A DNA stretch of 64,000 nt, from assembly GCA_028534125.1 (NCBI GenBank), contig CM052816.1:66218001-66282000 (forward strand), in the 5' to 3' direction. The position numbers and the translations under genes are program-made. This document shows, piece by piece, positions 40,006-52,008 of the stretch (its first letter is position 1; the number at the start of each line of letters is the position of its first letter). Source of the stretch: Lama glama. Taxonomy: Eukaryota. The notes beneath the pieces were generated by a model. It worked only from the letters and a program-made list of their open reading frames with translations, was not told where the DNA came from and did not search any database.

Positions 40006-43000
40006 AATCACTCTAAATGTAAATGGATTGAGTTTACCAATCCAAAGGATTGGGTGGGTCAAAAAAAAAAAAGAGGCCCAAATATATGCTGCTTACAGGC
40101 AACTCATTTCAGCTCTAAAGACACACAAAGGCTCAAAGTAAAGGAATGAAAAAGCTACTCCATGTAAGTGAAAACCAAAAGTATGTTGTAGCCATTCTTA
40201 CATCACACAAAATAGATTTCAGGCCCAAAACAACAGAAGAAACAAAGAAGATCACTATATAATGATGAAAGAATCAAAAAGATGTAACAGTTATAAATGT
40301 ATATGTATCCAACATCAGAGCACCAAAATATATTAAGCAAATAAATTATCTAAAAGAGAGGAATAGACAACAGTACAATAGTATTAAGGGATTTCAATAC
40401 CCCACTGCCAGTAATGGATAGGTCATCCAGACAGAAAATTAACACGATAATGTTGGAATTGAACCATACACTAGAAAAAAAAATGGACTTAACAGGTATG
40501 TACAGAACATTCTATCCAACAGCAGAATATACACTTTTCTCAAGTACATATGAAACATTTTCCAAGATAGATCATATGATAAGACACACAAAAAAAATCT
40601 TGACAAATTTAAGAAGATTGAAATTACACCAACTACCTTATCACAGTGGCATGAACTAGAAATCAACAAAGAGAGGAAAGTTGGAAAATCTACAAATATG
40701 TGGAAACTAAATAACACTATTCTGAAAACCAAAGGGTCAAAGAAGAAATCAAGACAGAAATAAAAAATTGTCTTGAAACAAACCAAAATGGAAATACAGC
40801 ATATCAAAACTTATGGGATGCAGCCAAAACAGTTCTGAGAGGAACAATTATAGTGGAACAAATATATTAAGAAATTAGAAAGATTTTAAATAAACAAACT
40901 AAATTTACACCTCAAGGAACTAGAAAAAGAAGATAAGTTAAGCCCAAATTGAGCAGAAAGAAGGAAATAATAAAGATCAGAGCAGAAATAAATGACAAGG
41001 AGGCTAGAAAAACACAAAGGATCATTGAAACTAAGAGCTGCTTCTTTGAGAAGATAAAATTGAAAAACATTTAGCTAGACTAAGAAAAAAATGACAGAAT
41101 ATCCAAAGAAGTAGAATTAGAAGTAAAGGAAACATTACAACTGATACTACAAAAATTCAAAAGATCTTAAGAGACTATTATGAATAATTACATGCCAATA
41201 AATTAGATAACCTAGAAGAAATGGATACGTTTATAGAAACACACACCTAACAAGACTGCATTAGCAAGAAATAGAAAATCTGAACAGACCAATAATAAGT
41301 AGAGATTGAATCAGGAATCAAAAACCTCCCAACACATAAATCCCTAGGATCAGATGGCTTCACTGGTGAATTCTACCGAACATTCAAAGAATTAACACCA
41401 ATTCCTTTCAAACTTTCCATAAAACTGAAGAAAAGGAAAAACTTCCAAACTCATTCTATGATGCCTAGTACCACCCTGATACCAAACCAGATTAAGGACA
41501 CCACAGGAAAACTACAGATCTATGATGAATATGTATGAAAATACTCTCAACAAAATATCAGCAAACCAAATTCAAGAGAAAATTTAAAGGATTCTACACC
41601 ATGACCAAATGGACTTTATCTCTGGGATGTAAGACTGGTTCAATATACGCAAATCAGTAAGTGCAATACATCATATTAACAAAATATAAAAATCACATGA
41701 TCATCTCAACAGACGCAGAAGAGCATTAGATAAAATACAATATCCTTCCATGATAAAAGCTCTTGGCAGACTGGGTATAGAAGGAATATACCTCATTATA
41801 TATGACATATCCACAGCTAACATTATACTCAATGGAGGAGCATTGAAAGCTTTTCCTCTAAGATCAGGAATAAGAGAAGAATGCCTACTTTTACCACTCC
41901 TATTGAATATAGTACTGGAAGTCCTAGCTAGAGGGATTAGGCAAGATAAATAAAAGGCATCCAAATCAGGAATGAAGAAGTAAAACTTGCTATTTGTAGA
42001 TAATTATGATTCACTATATAGAAAATCCCAAAGTCTCAACCTAAAACTTTTGGAACTAATCAACAATTTCAATAAAGTTATAGGATACAAAATCAACATA
42101 CAGAAATTAGCCGCATTTCTTTACACTAAGGTTGAACTATCTAAAAAAGATCCCATTCCCAATAGCATCAAAAACAGTAAAATACTTAGGAATAAATTGA
42201 ACCCGAGAAGTAAAAGATCTAAACAAGACAACTGCAAGACTTCGCTGAAAGAAACTGAAGACACAAACAAATGGAAATACAGCCTGTGGTCATGGATTAA
42301 AAGAATTAATATTATTAAAATCTCTGTAATGTCCAAAGCCATCTATAGATTTAATGCAATCCCCATTCAAAATTGCAAGAGCATTCTTCACAGAAATAGA
42401 AAAAACAATTCTAAAATTTGTATGGAACCACCAAAGACTCTGGATAGCCAAAGGAATCCTGAGGAAAAAAACCAAAGCTGGAGGTATCACAATTCAAACT
42501 ATACTACAAAAACTACAGTAATAATAATAATAATTTAAAAATCCAGTAGACACACAGACCAATGGAACAGAATTAGAGAGCACAGAAGTAAACCCCTGCT
42601 GGGATCAACTAATATTCAACGAGGGAGCCAAGAGCACTCAATCAAGAAACATACTCTCTTCAGCAAACGGAGTTGGGAAAACTGGATGAACACATGCAGA
42701 ACAATGAAATTGGATCCCTATCTTACACCACTCAACAAAAGTCAACTCAAAATGATTCAAAGAAATAAACACAATACCTGATACTATAAATAAAACTCCT
42801 AGAAGAAAACATAGAGAAGCTCCTCAATACTGATCTCAACAATAATTTTTTGGATATGACACCCAGAGGGCAAACAACAAAAGCAAAAGTCAACAAGTGG
42901 TACATCAACCTTAAAAGCTTTTGCACAGCAAAGACACTATCAACAAAATGAAAAGACCACCTACAGAATGGGAGAAAAATCTTGTGAATCATGTATAAGG

Positions 43001-43507
43001 ATAAGGGGTCAATATCCAAAATATATAAAGAGCTAATACAACTGAAAATCAATAAACAAAAAATTAATTAAAAATTGAGCAGAGGATCTGAATAGACTTT
43101 TTTCCAAAGAGATAGAGATGGCTAACAGGTACATGAAAAGATGTTTAACATTACTAATCATCAGCAAAATGCAAATTACAACCACAATGAGGTATCACCT
43201 CATACCTGTTAGAATGGCTATTATCAAAAAGATTACCAAGTGTTTGTGAGGGTGTGAATAAAAGAGAACCCTTGGGCACTGTTCGTGGGAATGTAAGTTA
43301 GTATAGCCATACAGAAAACAGTATGGATGTTCCTCAAGTAATTAAAAATAGAACTACCATATGATCCAGCAATTCCACTTCTGGGCATTTATCCCATAAA
43401 AACAAAAACACTAACTCAGAAAGATATAGACACACTTATGTTTAGTGCATCATTATTTACAAAAGCCAAAGTATGTAAATAACCTAAGTGTCTATCGTTG
43501 GATGAAT

Positions 43508-43509
<2 letters not shown>

Positions 43510-43542
<33 letters not shown>
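43510..43542. repeat. (AC)n microsatellite in L1 3' region
   Basis: Uninterrupted AC dinucleotide run. Confidence 0.95.
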
Positions 43543-43544
<2 letters not shown>

Positions 43545-44854
43545 AATATTATTCAGCCATAAAAAAGAAGGAAATCATGCCTCTTATGACAACATGAATG
43601 AATCTTGAGGGAGTAAGTCAGAGAGAGAAAGAAAAATACCATATGATCTCACTTATATGCAGAATCTCAAAGCAACTAAACAAATCCCAAAACAACAACA
43701 ACAACTAAAAAGACAAAAAACAACAACAACAAAAAACACCTCAGCTTGTAGACACAGAGAACAAATTGGTGGTTATCAGAGGTGGGGGGTCGGGAGAGCG
43801 GGCAAAATGGATGAAAGGGGGCAAAAGGTACTAATGTCCAGTCATAAAATAAATAAATCATGGAAACGTAATGTACAGCACAATACTACACTTAATACTG
43901 TATTACACATTTGAAAGTTTCTAAGAGAATCTTAAGTTCTCAACACAAGGAAAAGTTTGTAATTATGTATGGTGATGGATATTAACTAGACCACAAATTA
44001 AGCTCCATAAGAAGGAAGATACATATTTCATGACTCCTTGGTATCATTATAGGTGTTTAATAAACATTTGTCAGATGAATAATCAAAACAAAAAGTCACT
44101 ACATGTGAAAAGAAGGGGAGGTAATTTTACAGCTTGGAAAGACAGCAAAGTATAAGAACATTTCACAGTTGTCAGAAATCCTCATGGGGTCCCTGAAACT
44201 GGACAAGGGGGAAGGATGGAGAGGACAGGTCTGGATTTAGTAAACATGCACATGATATGTAATTATTTGAATGGAGAGTAAGAGGATCTGGTATTTGTTT
44301 TAGGAAGAAACATGAATGCAAATTACAAACAAAATTGGATCCTTACAAATTATTGATTAAAAATAATCACTTCTTTCCAGAGGCAAATTTAATTTATCTG
44401 TAATTTTTCTTTTTCTGACTACATTTTTGGGAAACCTCAGGATTTCTGCACTTTCTGCCCATTCAGAGCTGGTAAAAATAGTTCAAGTATTCTTTCATCT
44501 ATAGTTTCAAGGCAACACAAATCCCTTCTCCTCCATAAATTTCTTTGCTCTTATTCCCAGTTACATTACTTCTATTTTAGGAAAACTTCTATCTTTAATT
44601 ATTTCTATTTTTTCTATTTTAATATTTTTATATTTAAAATTTCAACTGTGAGATTATACATATATATAGATGATTGCCATGTTACACATTTGGCATTTGG
44701 ATAAAAATAAAAATCCAAAACATTTCTATATATTGTTATAGGTACGTGCACCTATAGTAAACGTCAAAAACACAACTGTTTTTGTGTTATAGGATGGTGT
44801 TCAGCTCTGGGGGCAATTCCCTACTTTCTCCAAACACTCATAGCCAACTAAGCC

Positions 44855-45040
44855 AGTGTTCTAAAAATCTGGTGTAGAAAAGTCAAAAGGGTGTTTGCTA
44901 AACACGTAGATTCCCAGGCTTCAACTTCAGAAGCTCTGATACAGCATGTCCAAGTTAGGGCTGACAAACATGCACCTGAAAAAGGACCCTGGAGGATTCA
45001 GCTGCGGAGGATTTAGAGGGCCACCCTAAGTTGAAAGTAC
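44855..45040. mobile_element. MER5-like hAT-Charlie MITE (degraded)
   Basis: CAGTGTTCT start; TGCTAAACACGTAGATTCCCAGGC; GGACCCTGGAGGATTC; ends AAGTTGAAAGTACTG. Confidence 0.5.
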
Positions 45041-47162
45041 TGACTGTGCGCAGCTGGCAAGTGAGTAGAGGAGACAGAAATGAAAGTGAAAGGGTCAGGG
45101 CTAGACAGGACTTGGCTCTCCTTGGTCTCTAGGCAGAGTTCATGCCTCAGAAGTGGTTGGGAATATCTGAGTGAGGGTGAAAGAGAGAGGAGTGGTGGGC
45201 CAAGGATGGAAAGGCAAAGTGCAATAGGGAGAAAGAGGAGGAGGCTCCCAAGAAAACAGCCAAGATATGGCTGGAAAGAAAGAAACCACGGTATGGAAGA
45301 CAAGATGGAAGGTTCAAAGAGGGTATGCCAAAGGCCAAATGAAACAAACCAACCAGGAAAGGGAAGGCCAGAAAGTGTTCATTGTCTATTGTCTATTTCA
45401 GGCACTGCAATGGTCGTTCCTGAAAGACAGGGTTATCATGTACTCCCAAGCACCTGACGTATTGTAAATGTTGGGTGAACTAAATTGGATTGTCAAGGGC
45501 AGCTGCCATTGCAAGTGTTTTAAAGACCTCAGTTACAGCTCAGTTCCATCAAGCACCCTCATTAGGATGAGCAAATGTTCTATGGATGTAACCATCCACA
45601 ATGGAGAATTAATTGTAACCAGATCAATAAAGCAGTTATTTGGAGCCATCTGCCAAAATGTGGTAATGACATTTAAAAAGCAGTGCTCAATCTCCATGTG
45701 TATGTCATGGTGTTCTGGAGGACAGAATTTTACCAGTAAGTTTTAAAAATTAAGCTAAGACCTTTAAAACCTTTAAATTTATACTGTGAGGGTTTTTTCC
45801 CCCATACAAATGATCTTTCATGATCATTTATACAAGTGTGTGTAGTCATGAGAAGATCAAACCATATTAAAGGAGGTAAATGACTCCCTAAGAATGCACA
45901 AGGGTTGGTTGCTATGACTACTGTTGGAGTTTATTGAACAGAGTGCAAAAAAATCAATTAGCAATCATTGGAAGAACCTGCCTGGGAACAGAAATATTTC
46001 TGCCTCACAATTTCAGGAAATTTCCTACATCTATGTACTGCATAAAAAGGGTTTGTGTGTGTGTCAGTCAGTGGAATTCTCAGGAAAGTCACCCTCTTGA
46101 TGCATTTCCACCATTCTAATGTCCCTTTCCACAACCTGACCTTCTCAACACCAGAGTAATTATTACAGTGGTTAAAAAAAAAATGTAGCCAGTTACCTCA
46201 CTCCTTTGTACCAATGTCGTTCAACAATTCTTGGCTCCAAATGTATTTTTCTTTGAACCAAACAATTTTCCGGTTTATATATAGAAGCCACTTGCATCTG
46301 TGTAGCAGTTTCTCCCCCCACATGGCATATGCCTGACTAGTCAAGAAAATATAGGGAAGGAAGAGATGGGTGCAGGAAGCCACCCTGCCAACCCTCTCCC
46401 AGACTTCCTTTCTCTTTTCTCTTGGGGAATATTTTATTCTTCATCCCTAACTTCCTGAGGCATTAAGAGGGCTAAGAAAGATTGCCATGTTTTTCAGACT
46501 TTTTTTTTTTTTTTTATAGAAAAGGCTGTTAAACTGATGGAATGAAGGGAGGCCCTGTGAAGGAGATGATAAAAGCTCAAGAGCTGATACAGAGGCCAGA
46601 TGTCAGCTGCATGACTTTCTCACGGGCGGCTGCAAGGACATTTGGTGGGAGTGTTCTTGTCATTGAGTGATAGCCTTTAGTCTAATGAACTCACTAATTT
46701 CATGAGGAAATGGTCATGCTCTCCAGCTGGACTGTGCAGGGTTCATTTATGAGATGACCAAGTGATAGAGTGACCCATTGAGAGGATCTCTGCTTCTCTA
46801 ATCTGTGCTGCTCACCTCCAGCAGGTTAGTCCCACAGTGCCCCCTTCAGAGTGGTGTTTTTCAAATTTTAGTAGGTTGAGGCACATTATTGGATCCTAGG
46901 ACTTATTTAGTGAGTGAAATCATTATTAAAAGAAGAGAAAGAAGAAAGAGAATACGATAGAAAAGAGAATAGGATCAGAACGAATCCCATCTAACACGGG
47001 TAAATGTCTTTTGTGAAATTTTTGTTTCATTCTCTTTCTCTCTAGGTATGTATGCATTGAGTTGGTAGACTGAATGTATTTCTTACTGTAGGTCCTGGCC
47101 AAAAAGTTTAGAAAGTCAGACTTGCCCCTGCTAAGAATCTCTCAATGTTCTCTGCTGTCTAC

Positions 47163-47345
47163 AGGGAGGGAGGGAAGGAAGGAAGGAGGGGAGGGAAGGA
47201 AAGGAGGGAGGGAAGGAAGGAAGGAAGGAAGGGAGGGAGCGAGGAAGGAAGGAAAAGGAAAAGGAAAAGGAGGAGTGTGAAAGAGAAGAGAGAGAGAAAG
47301 AACGAAAGGGGAAAAGGAAGAAAGAAAGAAAAGAAAGAAAAAAAA
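47163..47345. repeat. Polypurine GGAA/GGGA/GAAA low-complexity tract
   Basis: About 180 bp, almost exclusively A/G on the + strand. Confidence 0.95.
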
Positions 47346-48627
47346 GTTCCAGCTCCTTTGCTCCAGGGCTGGAATTGGTCCCCGAATCCACTCAACTTCC
47401 ATATTACACTAGGTTCCAACCTTTCCACTCACTGTCCTCTCAATGTTCCCATGTCCCTGGCTCCACTGTGCCCTTTATTTATAACATTTCTTCTCCTCTT
47501 CATGGTTTTCATCGTCTACTGTCTTTTCGGGACCATTCAAGACTTACCCTGCCATTTAACCCATATGATCTCTAGTTCTTCTCATTACTCACCTCTTCCT
47601 AGCTGTTCTGCTCATTTCCATTCATTTTCTCTCCAGGTGTCCCCTCTGCATTGCTCTTCATCTGCCTCCTGTCCCACTTCATGCCTACCGCTCCTTCCAA
47701 CATCTCTCTCCTGCCCTCATCCTCATTGCTTTCCTCTTGGCATCTGCCCCCAAGCTTATTACCTCCTTCATTATCCTGTTTTTGTTGTTATCTTGTTATT
47801 TCTGCTTTCTTGTGTATATCTCTGGTCTCCCCACTTGATTGAAAGCAACATGAGCCCAGGGACTGTGGATCTTTTTTTTTTCTTTCATCCCCTGTGATGT
47901 CCCGTACAGGGCAGGATATAAAGCAGATGCTCAGTAAAAATACCCTGAATTAATAAATCAGTCATGATCCCCTCCTTTGTACTGAAACTCTACCTTACAA
48001 ACTCCAGCGTTTTTCTTTCTAGATACAATGTTTTGTGTTTGAAATTGCTTTGCCATTTCTAAAGCTCATGACTATCTATCTCTTACCTCAGTTGATTCTC
48101 TACAAGGACTTCATAAAGTAGGCACGGGTTAAGATACTTATTCATAAGAGATGAGGAGATTGAGTTTCAAAGAGGTTTGTAACAGAAACACACATTATAG
48201 AAGCAGAATCTATAATGACCTATTCTGTGCCAATTACCCACTCTCCTCTAACGGAAACTTGAAAACAACAGTCATACAATATAATAAAGTGATCACTCAG
48301 GCAAAATGTCATGTATAGAGAAAAAAAAAAAACCAAAGGAATAGCAGTAAGACATATGCTGCCTTTCTTATGAAATGAGAATTTGAACACCTTGTACTAG
48401 ATCAAAATGCTGGTTGTCCATCTTGCTTCTGTAATTGTGCTTGGATTCTAAGGATGCCACAGAAAGTGGGAAGAAATCCACTTACTACTTACCAAGGATA
48501 TGTTGGTTTCCACTGTTGGGTTGACAGTCTTTTCATTAAACCCATGCTAGCAATTACCTGGGACCCTGTACAGTGTTGCAAATAATTATCAAGCTCTTTC
48601 TTATTTATTTGTTAATCCATTTCTTAC

Positions 48628-48752
48628 CGAGTTGTTCTCCTAAATGCTTGCCTCTCTCAGTTGAGATGACCCGCTCATCCTCCATGTCACATTTGTTCCC
48701 AACCAGGATAACCTGGGCATTATCCCATGAGTATGTTTTGATTTGAGTTGAC
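48628..48752 (-). CDS. RAB3C: RAB3C penultimate coding exon (125 bp; G4 motif GNKCD)
   Basis: Acceptor ttcttttag|G at 48753/48752, donor CTCG|gtaaga at 48628/48627. Translates (W)[41 protein letters not shown](G) and splices in frame to the exon at 3153. Confidence 0.96.
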
Positions 48753-49053
48753 CTAAAAGAAAAAGAACAGGCAAAAAAATGATCAGAGGAAAGCGCAATA
48801 GCATACAATGTAGAAGAAATACATCTCAGAGATGGCAACAACAGCAAAAAATGAAGCCCAAATTTCTGACATTTAGAATTAATGAGTTCTGTACAATTCT
48901 ATCTTTTAGATGCTCATCAGGGATCATATGAGTCAAAAATCAGGGGAATAGCAGTGTTGTATTAAGAATTCCTTTGTATTTGATGAGATTAATAATACTA
49001 CTGCTTCTTTCTCTCCCCTTCTACTCCACCTCATGCAGTCCCTTTAGAGCTGG

Positions 49054-49167
49054 AGTGGTCAACCATCCCAATGTTCTCAGTTTTAGCAGTAAAAGTCCTA
49101 TGTCCCAAGAAACCCCTCAGTTCCAAGAAACCCCTCAGTTCCAAGAAACCTGAGATGGTTGATCACT
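49054..49167. mobile_element. hAT-Blackjack MITE (MER81-like) with an internal 18-bp tandem repeat
   Basis: TIRs AGTGGTCAACCATC ... GATGGTTGATCACT; internal (CCAAGAAACCCCTCAGTT)x2.5. Confidence 0.7.
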
Positions 49168-49479
49168 GTTACTACCCATCACACAAAAACATCACTGTAC
49201 CAAGCTATAGTCACAACTCAAAAATCTAAGACAATTGGGTTAGGAAATCTGGGGGTAATAATAATTTTTAAAAACAGATTATAAGAACTGATATACTCAC
49301 ACTTTACATTTTAAAGGGAAAAACATCTTGATTAATATCAAAATTGCAGCACAATGGGCTATTAAGTTACTATAAACAGGGATCTAGGATTCAGAATAAG
49401 CTTCTGGTATTGATCATGATGCACATAACCAACTTCTGATTTTGAAACTAGATGATAATTATAATAGTTATATTTGCAG

Positions 49480-49680
49480 GTTCTAAACCCTTTATACATA
49501 TGACATTAACTTAACCCTTAGGGTAACTCAAGGCGGAAATTACTACCAGCCCCGTTTTACAGCTGAGGAACGTGCAGCACAGAGAGGCTAGACAATCTGC
49601 CAAGATCACTCAATGAAGTGGTGGATCTGGGAATCAGACCCAGGCAGCACAGCTCTCAAGCCTGAGCTCCTCCACACATG
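49480..49680. mobile_element. MIR SINE
   Basis: CCCGTTTTACAGCTGAGGAACGTGCAGCACAGAGAGGCTAGACAATCTGCCAAGATCAC core. Confidence 0.75.
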
Positions 49681-51385
49681 TTCGTACTACTCACTGAAAG
49701 TTTGAGAAGTGGAGTTCTAGTGCGTCTGCTGTCATTTTGGAGAGGAAGCTGAAAGGAAGCCATGTTCTTTAACCCTCCCCTTTTCTTGGTCACATTCTTA
49801 TTGGAGAACAATCCAAGATAGGTGGGAAAGACATACTGCCCAGTGGGCGGTCAAGAGAGAGAGACTGAAAGCTAACCAGTTAATGCAAGTTGAAAGGAAG
49901 GGATTTGTAAAGTGTCAAAAAGAGAATCTTGGCACGTTCTTACTAGCAACTGTCAAACCCTTCAGGGTTTTAAAATAGAAAATAGTGATGAGCTATTTTC
50001 AGCCTGAAGGGAGAATAAAAGCAAACAGCTTTAAACTGCAGCAGGAGAGCTTTCAATGAGATGCGATCACTGTTTCTCCCTTGCAAGAAGAAAGGAGAGA
50101 GCTAAGAGGCAGACCAGGGTCTTATTTCAGAGCACGTCCCTGAACATAGAGCAAGTTTTCAAAAGAGACTAAAATATCTGGTGAAATATACCTTTGGTTC
50201 CATGTGAACACCTCAAAGTGCAGCATGTTTTTATCAGAAAAATTTAGGGATGTGACCTAATTCTGATACTTAAGTTAACAATTGATTTCTCTCGAAACAG
50301 TGCAATTCAGCCTCTATCCATGAAGTGGGGGAAATAAAGGCAGACATTCAAAATCTATACTTTTCACTCATCTATGTGTGGGGTATATGAAAATGATGAA
50401 TTAATTAAAGGAAATGAAATCTAATAAGACTTCTTTAAGTAATTAAAAAAAAAAAGTCCCTTTGCTTCTATGGTCTTGTAAGCCAAGGCCTGGTCTATGC
50501 CTGGAAAAGCCCTGGGTTGACAGCCACCATGTTATTGGATAAAGTTCTAACAAACAGCTAGAAATCAAATATGCTGGGTGGGTTTAGGGAGATAGGAGTC
50601 ACAGAGTGTCATACTTGTGTAAGGAAGGGTGTGGGGCTAGTATGTAAATGACATGGCTTACTGGATTTACCAAGGACAAAGGCTTGCCTGAAAATATTTA
50701 GCCCTCCTCTGACCTAGGCAAACTCATCCTGCTGCAGCCCTGACTGTATAAACTTAACCCAGGGTGCACCTTTGGGAAGGTAAGGAAAAAGCAATTCAGC
50801 TAGCTGATTTGTACTCTTCAGCTAAGCTAATGGAATGCTTTCTTCTGCCATTAAACATGTCTGAGCCTCTCAGTTCTGCTAACATAATATCCCTTGAGGT
50901 CCTAGGAAGCCACAGTGATAGATCATACATCCACGTGTACACAACATTCCTTGTTTATACTGTATTTATATTTTATACATATAAAACTTGGGGGGCCATG
51001 ATTGTATCAGAACCATCTCCCTTTCTATTTGCTCCTATATAAGAAATATTTTCCTGTAATCTCCTCAATGTCCTAAATTGCCAAGGAGATAATGTAAAAT
51101 GAGTATTTTCTAATTACCAGGGAATTATAAAGAACCATTATCTTAAAAGCTTACAGAGCCATTGGAGACCATTTCTCTTTTTAATCAGGTAAGAACTGTG
51201 TTCTGAGGCATTGGTGCTGAGGTAAGCAAAAGATCAGTTTGCCTTCAGAGTTGGTTAATCAAATAAGATTTGGTTTTGACTACTCTGGACTTTCTGATGC
51301 TGTCCACTATCAGCAGTGCAGCTTCAGGCAAAGTCCAATCACCAGCTACAGGGGGTCAGAACCAGGCTGACTGATTCATGAATTA

Positions 51386-52008
51386 CCACATATCATAGAA
51401 TCTAAGATGCTATGGATTGCATGATGAAAATTATTTTATGAATGGCCAAGAACAAAAAGCAGCAGCCAATGAAACTATGGTACAGTGCTTTACCAATTGT
51501 CCTGCAAGACACACATTTGTCACATCAGCTTCTTGTTACTTTGAATTTGTTTTTCATGTATTCTGAAGGATTTAGCAGTTTTTTCCTGCCTTCAGTTGCT
51601 CTGAACGTGACAAGTCATCATCCCGTGACTATCTCGGTAATAAAGTCAACATACCCCTCTGCTTGTGGGTATCTTCCCTTAAGTCCTGGAGAGCACTAGG
51701 TTGTTGCTTTGCAGGAAAATATGAAATCATGGTCATTACTCCAGAATGAGTATTCACATCACTAATATCAAATTGATACCTCTTTCTCTGTACATAGTAA
51801 CTTTCTACCCACATACTAATGGTTTTACCACCCAGTTGAGTTGGTGACAATATATGCAGCTATGACCAAGTTAGTGCACGGACAGGCAATGAAATCCAGT
51901 TTTCATACTGCTGCACAGTGATTATAATAAACTATTGACTCTAAGGCACATATAGTTTCAGAGATATTAAAATATGAATAATTGTGCACCTTAGATTCTG
52001 TAATATGC
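51386..52008. mobile_element. Ancient TcMar-Tigger-type DNA transposon relic
   Basis: Imperfect TIRs CATATCATAGAATCTAAGATGC ... GCACCTTAGATTCTGTAATATG, flanked by TA. Confidence 0.6.

Larger units (their letters stand above)
37560..43990 (+). mobile_element. Near full-length decayed L1 (ORF1 from ~37640, ORF2 from ~39030, 3' UTR), lacking most of the 5' UTR and the tail
   Basis: ORF1 fragment NIRIIGTPKGE...IAENFPNLGKE (38048-38233); ORF2 EN and RT fragments (40414, 41750, 41987); 3' UTR. Confidence 0.92.
3154..48627 (-). other. RAB3C: RAB3C last intron (45,474 bp, GT-AG, phase 1)
   Basis: Bounded by the donor and acceptor of the two exons above. Confidence 0.9.

Noticed and set aside
46850..47120. 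Possible hAT-Charlie relic
   Set aside because: The ends look Charlie-like but are too degraded to assign a family or boundaries without a search.
47145..47897. 250-aa ORF, the longest in the window
   Set aside because: Made of the stop-poor GGAA tract followed by CT-rich sequence; low-complexity translation with no domain.
49105..49150. Direct repeats resembling a CRISPR-like array
   Set aside because: Head-to-tail 18-bp slippage duplication without spacers, inside a MITE in mammalian DNA.
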